Of a stretch of 64,000 nt of DNA, positions 1 through 9,042 are shown piece after piece. The notes beneath the pieces were generated by a model that worked only from the letters and a program-made list of their open reading frames with translations, made no database searches and had not been told where the DNA came from. A program made the position numbers and the translations under genes. The stretch is from a virus: positions 6,175 to 70,174 of IMG/VR virus record IMGVR_UViG_3300029258_002338, one strand, 5' to 3'. Every line of letters begins with the position of its first letter. Within the stretch, counting starts at the first letter, position 1.

Positions 1-40
1 CGGCGCATCAGCTCGAACAGGAAGTCGACGGGTCCGGCCA

Positions 41-577
41 TTACGGAAGCACCTCGTACCAGGTCACCACGACGATGGGCGTCTGGGCGTCATCCGCGTC
101 CAGGTTGGTGACGCGCAGGGCGTACCGCTCACTCGCGAAGAGGATCCACTCGGGGTACTGCTCCCCGGAGGCGCCAGTCGCGAGCACGAGCTTGCCCCCG
201 GTGGCCGTCCGCGCGAGATCGATCTGGGTGCCAACTCCAGCGGGTACGCTCCCCACCAGCATCTGAGGTGCGAACTGTGAGTCGGCGCTCAGATCGACAC
301 GGCGCTGGCGGTTCTCTGGGGTGAGTTCTACAAGGCGCGGCGTGTCGTACCTCTCGAGCAGCTCGATCTGGAAGGCCAGCGGGCCGCTGACCTCGATCAC
401 GGTGTGGGCATCGACGAGGGCGTTGGTCAAATCGAGGGTGAAGTCTATGCTCCCACCCGCGGCGAGGTCGGGCTCCTCGAGCAGGTGCCAGACGATCCCC
501 TCGTGGACCTGGAACCGTGAGGTCTCGGAGATGCTCGCCGCGCCTCCAGCCTTCGGGTCGATGTGGTTGAAGCTCAC
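41..577 (-). CDS. hypothetical virion protein (beta-rich)
   Basis: 178-aa ORF in the tightly packed minus-strand structural operon, with an AGGAGG RBS upstream. Confidence 0.6.
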   Translation of the reverse strand: MSFNHIDPKAGGAASISETSRFQVHEGIVWHLLEEPDLAAGGSIDFTLDLTNALVDAHTVIEVSGPLAFQIELLERYDTPRLVELTPENRQRRVDLSADSQFAPQMLVGSVPAGVGTQIDLARTATGGKLVLATGASGEQYPEWILFASERYALRVTNLDADDAQTPIVVVTWYEVLP

Positions 578-586
578 GATGACCTC

Positions 587-1765
587 CTAGTACCAGCTCT
601 TGCGGTTGATCCAGAGGTTGACGTTGTCGTTGCTACCCGACACCCGGTACGCCCGCAGCCGGAGCCAGCGGTTGCTCAGATGCTGGTCGAGGTAGAACAT
701 CTTGCTGAAGGCCCCCAGGACGTTGCTCAAGGGAGCCTGCCCGGAGGTGGCGAAGATCTCGGTGTTCACCGGGGTCCAGTCCGTGGCGGCCAGCGCCCCC
801 GGCGTCACCGTCGGCACGTTGGTTGCGTAGATGTCCATGGCGATCAGGTCGGGCGTCTCCTCGCCCAGGTGCTCGACGATCACCTGCAAGGAGTGGCTCT
901 CGAAGCCGAACAGGTCGATGTAGTTCACGATGGTGCCAGGGGGCGCGGTGAGGGGAACCTCCGCGATCTCACCGATCACGTCCTGGTAGGTGTAGATCGG
1001 CGCGATCTCCTCGACGCGGAGGGCCTGGGCGACCCAGTTGAAACCGGCCAGCACCAGCTCGCCGAAGCGGTTGGTCGTCAGGCCGATCAGATCACCGTTG
1101 GCGTCCACTGGGGCGCGCTGGGAGTCCGTAGCGTAGGCGCCGACGAAGGCCGCCTCCCCGGGCACCGGGTCGTCCTCTGGGCCCGAGTAGGGCGGGTCCA
1201 CGGGGAGGGGCAGCGGCGAGACGATGATGACGTTGAGCGGGTCGGGGACCGCCCCTCCTCCACCACCGGCCGAGGCCGTGCCGACGACGAGCGTCGCGTC
1301 GTCCTTGCCGTAGCCCCAGACCTGAAGCCGCAGCCAGTCGACGTTGCCCACCTCGCTCTGGGAGGTGATCTGCCAGAACATCTTGGACGCCCCGCGGGTC
1401 TCGAAGACCCGGTGGGGAGCGTTTCCGGCTCCGGCGGCCTGGGGGTCGATGGCCACGTTGTAGACCGCGTCGGCGACCCAGCCGCCCGGCCCGAGGTTCG
1501 TCCCCGCACCCTCGCGCAGCGTCTTGTAGTAGCGCCAGGGCCGGACCTGCATCGTGGCCCCGCTGCCCACGGCGGTCGCTGGATCGGCGTAGAAGGCGGC
1601 GTGGACGCTGGCCCAGTCCTCGGTGTCGACGCCGACCTCTTCCTGGCTCGGGATCTTCTCGGACCCCGACAGCGTCTTCGCCTGGTTGGCCAGCTCGAAG
1701 TAGCGAGAGTCCGGGCCGATCTGCCCGTAGCCGTAGACGTTCTGGCGCGGAGGCTTGTTGGTCAT
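587..1765 (-). CDS. putative virion spike/minor structural protein
   Basis: 392 aa; two beta-rich regions joined by a Gly/Pro linker (GGGGGAVPDP...PLPLP); RBS present. Function inferred from context only. Confidence 0.55.
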   Translation of the reverse strand: MTNKPPRQNVYGYGQIGPDSRYFELANQAKTLSGSEKIPSQEEVGVDTEDWASVHAAFYADPATAVGSGATMQVRPWRYYKTLREGAGTNLGPGGWVADAVYNVAIDPQAAGAGNAPHRVFETRGASKMFWQITSQSEVGNVDWLRLQVWGYGKDDATLVVGTASAGGGGGAVPDPLNVIIVSPLPLPVDPPYSGPEDDPVPGEAAFVGAYATDSQRAPVDANGDLIGLTTNRFGELVLAGFNWVAQALRVEEIAPIYTYQDVIGEIAEVPLTAPPGTIVNYIDLFGFESHSLQVIVEHLGEETPDLIAMDIYATNVPTVTPGALAATDWTPVNTEIFATSGQAPLSNVLGAFSKMFYLDQHLSNRWLRLRAYRVSGSNDNVNLWINRKSWY

Positions 1766-1775
1766 CTCGTTCCTC

Positions 1776-2033
1776 TCACTCCTTGACGACCCGCGCGTCC
1801 GCGATGCGGATCTCGCGAGGCGGGTTCTGCTGCTGCTGACGGACCAAGCGCAAGATCCGAAGGTTGCGGCCGATCAGCTTCGCGGGGATGCCGCACGCCG
1901 GGCAGAGCGGGATCGTCCATCTGGCGAATCGGAGGTACAGCCGCACGTCCACGGCGGGCTCCCCGCAGACCTTGCAGGGAGGGTGGGCCGCGTAGGTCGC
2001 GTCGCCCTGCACCGCCGTGGCCGCGCTACTCAT
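1776..2033 (-). CDS. small zinc-ribbon protein
   Basis: CKVC...CPAC; start overlaps the upstream gene's stop. Confidence 0.55.
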   Translation of the reverse strand: MSSAATAVQGDATYAAHPPCKVCGEPAVDVRLYLRFARWTIPLCPACGIPAKLIGRNLRILRLVRQQQQNPPREIRIADARVVKE

Positions 2034-2491
2034 CGGCTTCGGCTCCAGTGAACGAGCGCCCCCACGGCGACCAGGGCCACGGCTCCACCGATGGCGATCT
2101 CGGTCCAGGGGATCTTCACCTCGGCCTCACCCTCGATCTTCACTGGGCCCGTCTCGTCCCCGGCCCCCTGAGCGAGCCACAGCGCGTCGAGGGCCTTGCT
2201 CTCCATGAAGCCCTCGGGCTCCTGCTCGACGGCGACCGAGAAGGCCCCGACGCCGTCACGCAGGTCGATCGGCGTCTTGCCGGGCATCTCGGCGTTCACG
2301 AAGGCCTTGTAGGCCGAGTAGCCCTCGAAGCCCGAGGGGGTCGAGGTGGGGCGGACCTTGACCATCCTGAAGCCGAAGCCCGAGGCCATGTCCGGCATGG
2401 CGTCGGGGTCCTGCGGCTGGGAGAACAGCAGCACGGCCTCGTGCCACTCCTCCACCGGGATCGACGCCTTGGCGTTCATCCAGCCGCTCAC
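2030..2491 (-). CDS. membrane-anchored virion protein
   Basis: C-terminal TM (IAIGGAVALVAVGALVHW) followed by basic residues. Confidence 0.65.
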   Translation of the reverse strand: MSGWMNAKASIPVEEWHEAVLLFSQPQDPDAMPDMASGFGFRMVKVRPTSTPSGFEGYSAYKAFVNAEMPGKTPIDLRDGVGAFSVAVEQEPEGFMESKALDALWLAQGAGDETGPVKIEGEAEVKIPWTEIAIGGAVALVAVGALVHWSRSR

Positions 2492-3165
2492 TTCGCGTAC
2501 CTCCAGATGGCGTAGCCCGCGGCGCCGATGCCGGCCAGCACGAGCAGCGCGACGAGGCCCTTGCCGCCGGGCATCCCGGCCTCCTCGATGGGCCGATGGG
2601 GCGTCGTGCGCCCACCGTTTCCGCCATTGCCGCCATTCGCGTCCGGGATGCCTCCGCCGGCGTCGTCCGGGCCGAATCCGTCATCGGCCTGGCCTCCAGG
2701 TCTGCCCTCCTTGCCGGGGAACCCCCGAGACTCCTCTTGCTCCTCGGGGGTCAGGCCGGCTTGTCCTCCCGGCCCCTCGGCGTCCTCGGGCCTGATCCCG
2801 GTGGGGAGGTCGGGCATCGGCGTCAGAGCCTCGGTGGAGACCTCCCACGGCTCGTAAGCCGTCTCGTAGGGCGGGATCCACAAGGGCTTGTACGGCGGGC
2901 ACAGGGCCGGCCAGCCCTTCGGCGGGGTGGTCTTGGCGCTCGTGCACTTGTCCGAGGCCTCGCGGTAGGTGTAGTGCTGCTGGTTCCACACCGAACGCTT
3001 GAGGGTACGGAAGTAGAAGAAGGTCCCGTTGCCGTAGGCCTTGTAGGCGATCCACGACAGGGTGTCGCCCCGCTTCGGGACGTAGAACGACCCCTCGCGC
3101 GGGTTCTCCCCGTTGCCGCCCTCGTAGACGGTCAGGTGCGAGTAGTCGGGATGCTTGTACGACAT
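2488..3165 (-). CDS. LysM-like domain protein with C-terminal TM anchor
   Basis: FYVPKRGDTLSWIAYKAYG LysM-type motif; Gly/Pro linker; C-terminal TM. Confidence 0.7.
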   Translation of the reverse strand: MSYKHPDYSHLTVYEGGNGENPREGSFYVPKRGDTLSWIAYKAYGNGTFFYFRTLKRSVWNQQHYTYREASDKCTSAKTTPPKGWPALCPPYKPLWIPPYETAYEPWEVSTEALTPMPDLPTGIRPEDAEGPGGQAGLTPEEQEESRGFPGKEGRPGGQADDGFGPDDAGGGIPDANGGNGGNGGRTTPHRPIEEAGMPGGKGLVALLVLAGIGAAGYAIWRYAK

Positions 3166-3175
3166 CGTCTACCTC

Positions 3176-3331
3176 TCAATCACAGGAGCCGCAGCCCTTC
3201 TTGGCCTTCTGGGGTGCTGGCTTCCGGGCCTTCTTCGAGGACTCGCTCGAGGCCATGCCCTCGCCGATCCCCTCGGCGATCCGCGCGATGCCGCGCAGGA
3301 TGCCGATCGTCTTTCTCTTCCTCTTCGCCAT
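3176..3331 (-). CDS. small basic protein (51 aa, not in ORF track)
   Basis: Translated by hand: MAKRKRKTIGILRGIARIAEGIGEGMASSESSKKARKPAPQKAKKGCGSCD; fills the gap between neighbours with a TAG-ATG junction. Confidence 0.65.
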   Translation of the reverse strand: MAKRKRKTIGILRGIARIAEGIGEGMASSESSKKARKPAPQKAKKGCGSCD

Positions 3332-3634
3332 CTACTTCCTCACCACGGTGAGCCCGATCTCGGCCTGGACGGCCGTCAGGGCCCACAGGACGTCCCCCGG
3401 GTCCATGTCCACCGGGTAGAGCGTCTCGTAGGGCACGGGCGTTCCGGTGGCCTCATGGCCCTTCCAGTCCTGGCCGGGCGACGCCAGGTTGCTGACCAGG
3501 ACGGGGGTGTTCTCGGTCTCGCCGTCCCAGGCCAGGTGGCAGACCGTGACGTAGACGATGCACGGGTAGTCGGCCCGGTACACCGCCTGCGGCTCGGACC
3601 GCACGATGGCCCGCAGGGTCCTCTGGTCGCTCAC
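3332..3634 (-). CDS. hypothetical small beta-rich virion protein
   Basis: 100 aa; start overlaps the upstream gene's stop. Confidence 0.6.
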   Translation of the reverse strand: MSDQRTLRAIVRSEPQAVYRADYPCIVYVTVCHLAWDGETENTPVLVSNLASPGQDWKGHEATGTPVPYETLYPVDMDPGDVLWALTAVQAEIGLTVVRK

Positions 3635-4617
3635 TTGGCCCCTCCTTGCTGCACGCCCTGGACCGTGGTCACGACGTCCACGCTGTCTTGCGACCCGCGG
3701 TACCAGAGGTCGATGAAGAACGACTCGCCCGGCTCGAGGATGTAGGGCACCTTGGGCCGGTGGATCACGTAGGGGTTGACCGGGGGGTCACCACCCGTGG
3801 CGATCGAGAGCTGCTCGGAGATGCCGGTCATCATGATGAACTCGTTCTCGTGCCACGCCGGCCCCTCGGGGGGCAGGAAGCGTAGGATGTTGGCCTGGAG
3901 GACGTTGTCGGGGAGGTACGTGTTCACCTGGTTGACGGTGAAGTGCGTGATGATGCAGTCCTCCATCGGCGCGTCGCGATCCTCGTCGAAGGCCACCGAG
4001 AAGTAGCCGACGAAGCCGGCAGGGGCTTGGAGCAGCTTCGCGAGCACGATCGGCTCCATGCTGTCGACCTTCCAGCCGTGCAGCTGGTTCGCCGCGACGA
4101 CGCCGAACGGGAGCGCGACGGGGCTGGAGTACTCCACGGCGAAGGTGCCGCCGCGCTGGAGGAAGTAGGGCGCCGGGAAGCGGTAGGCGAGCACGTTGTT
4201 CTCGGCGTAGACGTAGCGGTCCTCCTCGGTGTTGAGGGCGTGGACCGGCATCCAGCGGTCGATGATGCCCAGCCGTCCGCCGATGGCCACCTTGACCATC
4301 AGGTCGCTGTAGAAGTCGATCGAGTCGTAGAACGTCGTGTTGAGGAACCGCAGCTCGTCGATCTGGAGCTGATGCGGCGTGTTGTTGAAGAACGTCTCGG
4401 CGAACTGCGGGCGCCGCACCGCGACCTGCTGGTTCTGCGCCACGGTGGTCGTGACCTGCCGGATCCACGGGAAGCGGTTGGCCACGTACTTGCCGGTCGG
4501 GATCTTGTCGAGGCCGAGACGAGCCGCGGCCCAGCGCGACGCCGAGAGGCCACCAGGGACGCCCGACGCGACGGGTCCGGGCTCCTGGCCGGGCAGGAAG
4601 ATCATGTCGCCGGGCAT
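3631..4617 (-). CDS. capsid-family protein, two-domain paralog 3
   Basis: Two copies of a P-Y-x-L-x-x-G motif (YRFPAPYFLQRGG; HRPKVPYILEPGE), shared with neighbouring genes. Confidence 0.55.
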   Translation of the reverse strand: MPGDMIFLPGQEPGPVASGVPGGLSASRWAAARLGLDKIPTGKYVANRFPWIRQVTTTVAQNQQVAVRRPQFAETFFNNTPHQLQIDELRFLNTTFYDSIDFYSDLMVKVAIGGRLGIIDRWMPVHALNTEEDRYVYAENNVLAYRFPAPYFLQRGGTFAVEYSSPVALPFGVVAANQLHGWKVDSMEPIVLAKLLQAPAGFVGYFSVAFDEDRDAPMEDCIITHFTVNQVNTYLPDNVLQANILRFLPPEGPAWHENEFIMMTGISEQLSIATGGDPPVNPYVIHRPKVPYILEPGESFFIDLWYRGSQDSVDVVTTVQGVQQGGAK

Positions 4618-4620
4618 AGG

Positions 4621-5433
4621 CTACTCCTCCCTCCGCGGATCCTCGACTTCGAGGCAGCCCCGCAGGATGACGGTCATGGGCTTGTCGGTCTCCTCGAGGT
4701 TCTCGAACTCGAGGTTGAGGGTCTGGTCGGGCCGCAGCACCCACGAGGGCTGGAGCCGGCACGGAGCGACCGGGGGGTCGATGATGTTGGCCCAGTTCTC
4801 CCCCTGCCAGAAGGGGCGGTCCTGGGCGTCGATGATCTGGAGGATGCGCGAGCCGGTCTGCCGGTAGTCCCACTGGTGGGAGGCCACGCTGTAGAGGTCC
4901 ACCGGGGAGTCGCCGGGGCAGACGAGCTGCCGGTCGTCCATCACGATGGGCGTGGCGGGAGCCGCGCCTTCCTCGAACTCCCGCACCGCGTAGAGCATGA
5001 TCGGCTCGTCCTCGGAGATCTTGACCCCCGAGAAGACGGCCGAGTAGACGTCGCGGGCGCCCCTGACGGGAGGCCCCTGGTAGACCGTGATGCGCTCGCC
5101 GGGGTAGATGCGGTAGGGGCGCTTCCAGTACCAGACCGAGCAGAGCGGCACGACCCCGTCCTGGTAGCAGCGGTAGTCGTACAGGTCCTCGGTGAGGTAC
5201 GGGCCGCCGAAGACGCCCATGCGGAAGCGGATCGTGCCGCCGTCGTCGGTGTACTGGCCGCCCTCTTCCTCGTCGGTGCCCTCGAAGATGATCACATCAT
5301 CCAGGTGGGCTCGGATGCAACCAGCCGTGGAGAAGTCGGTGAGGCTCGTGGACGCGCGGTTGGTCAGCCCCGCGGCCGTGCCCGGCACCGTCAGCACCTC
5401 GCGGCGAGCGAATGGCAGGAAGTTGACTCCCAT
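4621..5433 (-). CDS. capsid-family protein, two-domain paralog 2
   Basis: Start reassigned to ATG 5433 (MGVNFLP...); motifs WKRPYRIYPGE and LQPSWVLRPDQ...VILRG. Confidence 0.55.
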   Translation of the reverse strand: MGVNFLPFARREVLTVPGTAAGLTNRASTSLTDFSTAGCIRAHLDDVIIFEGTDEEEGGQYTDDGGTIRFRMGVFGGPYLTEDLYDYRCYQDGVVPLCSVWYWKRPYRIYPGERITVYQGPPVRGARDVYSAVFSGVKISEDEPIMLYAVREFEEGAAPATPIVMDDRQLVCPGDSPVDLYSVASHQWDYRQTGSRILQIIDAQDRPFWQGENWANIIDPPVAPCRLQPSWVLRPDQTLNLEFENLEETDKPMTVILRGCLEVEDPRREE

Positions 5434-5435
5434 GA

Positions 5436-6329
5436 CTACTTGACCTCCAGCTCGCCGAAGAGGCAGAGGTGAACCGCCTGCCGCTGGCTGGTGATGTTCT
5501 GGAGCGTGAAGCCCATGCGCTGCCTCGGGTAGAGGTAGGTGTTGGCCGGGAAGACGCGCACGCGGGGCCCCTCGTCCTTGTCGTCGTACAGGCGCACCAT
5601 CGGCGCCAGGCACCCCACCGGGATCGGCGTGGGGTTGGGCATCCACTGAGTCCCGAAGGTCGGGTTCACGCGGTAGCCGATGTGGACCATGCCGCGCCCG
5701 TAGGGGTCGTTGTCCTCGTCCCGCCAGTTGGGCGTCTTGAAGAGGAGGCGCGTGATCCAGATGGACTCGCGGCCCCGGTTGAACAGGTCCGCCGAGTCCA
5801 TGTTGGCCTGCTGCTCGGGCTCGAGCCCCGATCCGATCCTCCCGGCCAGGATCGCGGGCTGGCCGTCGCGCTTGAAGCACTTGGCCAGGAACGTGATCTC
5901 GGGGAGGGTCGTCTCGTCTGGGGGCGCCAGCAGGTTGGCGACCGTGACGCGCAGGCCCTGGTCGCGAGGCAGCTCGTAGGGCACGGGGAACCGGATGTCG
6001 GTCGCCAGGTCGTTGGCGCCCAGGTGCTGCCGGGTGTGGAGCGTCGTAGAGCAGTAGCCGTTGAGGGCCGTCTGGACCAGGTTCTCATCCGAACAGCCGC
6101 TCTTGCCGACCTCGACGACGGTGCGCCGGCTGATGCCCCCGTCCACCGTGTTGAACGGAGGCTCGGCGACCACCACCTGCCCGGCGACGGCCAGCGAGAC
6201 GAGCCGCCAGCGGTACATCGACGTGTTCGCGAAGGTCGATGGAGCGACCTTGACGGTCTCCCCCGCGGGGATGCCGATCTCCTCGTGTAGCCACCGCGGC
6301 GTCTCGTAGCCGCGTTCGATCTGAGCCAT
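5436..6329 (-). CDS. capsid-family protein, two-domain paralog 1
   Basis: Motifs RFPVPYELPRDQGL and VFPANTYLYPRQRM...LCLFG; GAGGAGG RBS. Confidence 0.55.
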   Translation of the reverse strand: MAQIERGYETPRWLHEEIGIPAGETVKVAPSTFANTSMYRWRLVSLAVAGQVVVAEPPFNTVDGGISRRTVVEVGKSGCSDENLVQTALNGYCSTTLHTRQHLGANDLATDIRFPVPYELPRDQGLRVTVANLLAPPDETTLPEITFLAKCFKRDGQPAILAGRIGSGLEPEQQANMDSADLFNRGRESIWITRLLFKTPNWRDEDNDPYGRGMVHIGYRVNPTFGTQWMPNPTPIPVGCLAPMVRLYDDKDEGPRVRVFPANTYLYPRQRMGFTLQNITSQRQAVHLCLFGELEVK

Positions 6330-6370
6330 CCTTCAGCCTCCTCGCTCGCGGGCCCTTCATGCGCTGAAGT

Positions 6371-6401
6371 GGGGGCGGGAAGGCTTGCACCCTCCCGCCC
6401 C
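6371..6401 (-). terminator. GC-rich hairpin downstream of the major capsid gene (terminator or 3' stabiliser)
   Basis: GGGGGCGGGA/TCCCGCCCCC 10-bp stem; no U-tract, so the role is uncertain. Confidence 0.5.
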
Positions 6402-6433
6402 GCGTTCAGAGCACGATGTGAGCCGTCACGCCT

Positions 6434-7476
6434 CTAGGCGGTCGGGCGCTGCCGCGGGCCGGTGAGGCGCACGGTCAGGCCGAAGCCGTCGAAGAAGGCG
6501 TAGTCGGCCTGGTCGTTGTCCAGGGCGCCGCGCGGCCACTTGAGGACGACGTAGAAGTTCTCCAGGGACCCCAGGTGGATCGGCATGGCCAGCCGGCGCG
6601 TCGCGTGCCAGCCCTTCATGCCGTTGTTCAGGGTGTAGACCTCGGCGCCGTCGGTGTAGTTGAAGCTGTCGAACAGCAGGCCACCGCCCTGCGGGAAGTG
6701 GTCGAGGCGACCCTCCACGAAGGACTTGGTCTGCTCGACGACCAGCTCCAGCCACGTCTGGTGCATGATCTTGCGCCACTTCCACACCGCCGAGGCCACG
6801 AAGGGCTCGGGGGTGATCTGGGTGCGGTTGTCGGCGTCGGCGAACTCGTCCGGGATCACCTGGAGCGAGTACACCAACATCTGGTGCCCCATGGGGAGCT
6901 GCCCCACGCCGGGCATATTGGTGTCGGCCACGGTCGCGGTCTGACCCACGGCCTGGCCGGGCACCTGCCCGCCGCGGCGGTACTGGAAGAGGTAGGTGTC
7001 CGCGATCTGACCGGCGGCGATCGTGGCGATCGGGAACACGGCGCGGCTGTGGAGGGGGTAGTCCTATCCCCTAATCAACCGCTATGTCTTCGCAGGGTCT
7101 CCACCTGCTGCTCGGATTTCTCCGAGGATCGGACTATATCTTCGGCTGCTCGGGCAGCCGCCGGGCGCTCATGGGGTCGGTTATCGCTCGCGTTGCTCAC
7201 GACCCTAGTCTCTACACCTTCCGAGGTACCCTCATCGCTTCCCTCGGCTTGGCACGGGATTGCCACCAGCACGCCGTTGTCTGCGGCGCCTGCTGCGGTT
7301 TCCCCGTTAGCACACTCACTACTCGCTCTGTTACAGCAGTCGTGCACCCTGAGTCTCCTCAGTTCACCCGGTTTCTTACCCGTGGCTCACGCCGCGGGAG
7401 GGCAACTCCCTCTACCCCAGTCGGTGATGCGGACCACCGACCCGTCGCCGAAGGCGATCTGTCGAATGACGGCCAT
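6434..7476 (-). CDS. probable major capsid protein (single jelly-roll-like), spliced: join(7476..7414,7063..6434), 230 aa
   Basis: Strong RBS GAGAAAGGAAAC before ATG 7476. Exon 1 MAVIRQIAFGDGSVVRITDWG joins in frame to exon 2 DYPLHSRAVFPIAT...; a hairpin follows the gene. Capsid identity is inferred from beta-rich composition, position and paralogy. Confidence 0.65.
7064..7413 (-). ncRNA. group I self-splicing intron, 350 nt, no homing endonuclease ORF
   Basis: P GCTAACGGGGAA (~7311-7300), Q GGCAATCCCGTGCCAAGC (7264-7247), R GTGTAGAGACTAG (7217-7205), S GAAGATATAGTCC (7143-7131); P3 CCGGGTG/CGCCCGG; P9 CTCGGA-GAAA-TCCGAG; 5' exon ends in U and intron ends in G; P1 GGGGU/GCCCU. Confidence 0.93.
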
Positions 7477-7561
7477 TGTTGTTTCCTTTCTCTGTCACTT
7501 CGATCTCTCTTGAGGCCCGAGCTTCACGGCCCAGTGCCTCGCCCTTGTTTCGGACGCCGCC

Positions 7562-8158
7562 CTAGTAGGACGGCCTGGCGCCGAACGCCGCGGTGTCGAT
7601 CGCGGGGCGCAGCTGCGGAGCCACGGCCGCGGTCGGCATGACGCGAGCGCCGGAGCCGCTCGCCACCGCCTCGCCCATCCGGCGAGAGGCGGCCAGCAGA
7701 CCCGTACCACCGTTGGCACCGGCGCCCAGGTACTTGCCGCTCGCCCACTCGTAGGCGAAGAGGCCGCCACCGACCATCAGCGAGAACGCGGCGCTCTGCG
7801 CCATGCTCCGGCTGCCGTCGGGGCCCCACCAGTACATCGGCACCGACAGCAGGAGGCCGCCGGCCGCGCCGATGAGGGGGGCGTACTTGGTCACCGTGGG
7901 GTTGCCGCTGAAGTAGCGGAGCGCCAGGGTGGTGCCGAAGGTCGCGGTGCTCCCGACGAGGGCGGGCACGATGTTCCGCGCGTCGAAGACGTCGGTGAGG
8001 CCCATGAGCGCCGACTCGACCTCCTGGATGTCGAAGTAGCCGGTGCGCTCCGAGGCGTCGTCCGTCTTGGCCAGGAGCACGTCGGCCGTGTCGTCGGCGT
8101 ACTTGGCGCACCGACGCTTGCCGCTCGGTCCCGTCTGCCAATCCACGCACTGTCTCAT
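7562..8158 (-). CDS. multi-TM virion membrane protein with basic Cys N-terminus
   Basis: N-terminal RQCVDW...KRRCAKY; 2-3 hydrophobic helices; GAGGAG RBS. Confidence 0.65.
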   Translation of the reverse strand: MRQCVDWQTGPSGKRRCAKYADDTADVLLAKTDDASERTGYFDIQEVESALMGLTDVFDARNIVPALVGSTATFGTTLALRYFSGNPTVTKYAPLIGAAGGLLLSVPMYWWGPDGSRSMAQSAAFSLMVGGGLFAYEWASGKYLGAGANGGTGLLAASRRMGEAVASGSGARVMPTAAVAPQLRPAIDTAAFGARPSY

Positions 8159-8171
8159 CTTGCTTCTCCTC

Positions 8172-8639
8172 TCACGTTTTCCATTCGGGAAGATGTTCGC
8201 ACATCCTGTTGGGTACGAACTGCTTGTTGCCCGGCGACGTGCACTTGCACCGCTTCTTCCCGTTGCGCATCCTCACCACCTTGACGGTGTCTCGGCTGCA
8301 CGCCGGGATCTCGCGCCCGTGCCAGGTCGGCGCTTTGACGCGCTTCCCTGTTACCGGGGATATCGAACCAGGCTCCGTCCCTCTGGGGCGCCCCCTTCTC
8401 CGCTTTGGCGGAGCCGGAGGCAGCGCGGGATACGCGGCCTGTGTAAGATCGATCGTCTGTGCGCCAGGAGGCGCCTGAACGACTGATGTCATCGGGGTCT
8501 CACCCCCTTCGATCTGCTCGCGGCAGATCACCACGTAGGCGGTCAGAGGCTCGCTCCACGCCTTGACCGGCGTGCACCTCGAGTGTTGCTTCGGCTTGTA
8601 AGCCGGGAGTCCACTGAGCATGATGACCTTGCCTGCCAT
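8172..8639 (-). CDS. basic Cys-rich virion (core?) protein
   Basis: KRRRGRPRG (AT-hook-like) and KKRCKC motifs. Confidence 0.6.
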   Translation of the reverse strand: MAGKVIMLSGLPAYKPKQHSRCTPVKAWSEPLTAYVVICREQIEGGETPMTSVVQAPPGAQTIDLTQAAYPALPPAPPKRRRGRPRGTEPGSISPVTGKRVKAPTWHGREIPACSRDTVKVVRMRNGKKRCKCTSPGNKQFVPNRMCEHLPEWKT

Positions 8640-8643
8640 GCCG

Positions 8644-9042
8644 TTAATCCGGGGTTACCATGGCCCACGAGATTCGGCCCGAGGGCCGAGGCTGCATCTG
8701 GAGCGCGCCTCGTGAGATCATGGAGTTGGTGTTGAAGGCCGAGAGGATCGATCGGTCCTCACCTCGAGCCCCGACGGTCATGATGGGCTCGCCCGGAGGA
8801 GAGCCGCGACGCCGAGCCGGCGCGGGGAGCTGGGGGGAGATGTAGTTGGGGGGCGGCTTGGCTTCTCCACCGGGAGGCGGGGGCGTCGGGTACTCGGGCT
8901 CCCAGCCGCCACCGGGGCCGTTGCCCCACCCAGGCTCGCCGTACTCGCGCTCGCCTTCACCCTCCTCTTCGGGCCAGAGCCGCCAGAGGAGGAAGACGGC
9001 GCCAGCCGTCGCTCCGATACCAATGATCCACTTGAGCATCAC
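8644..9042 (-). CDS. N-terminal TM, Pro-rich protein
   Basis: Hydrophobic N-terminus WIIGIGATAGAVFLLW; PPPP tract. Confidence 0.6.
   Translation of the reverse strand: MMLKWIIGIGATAGAVFLLWRLWPEEEGEGEREYGEPGWGNGPGGGWEPEYPTPPPPGGEAKPPPNYISPQLPAPARRRGSPPGEPIMTVGARGEDRSILSAFNTNSMISRGALQMQPRPSGRISWAMVTPD

Noticed and set aside
7075-7347. 90-aa ORF inside the intron as a homing endonuclease
   Set aside because: It overlaps the catalytic core and has no HNH, GIY-YIG or LAGLIDADG motif
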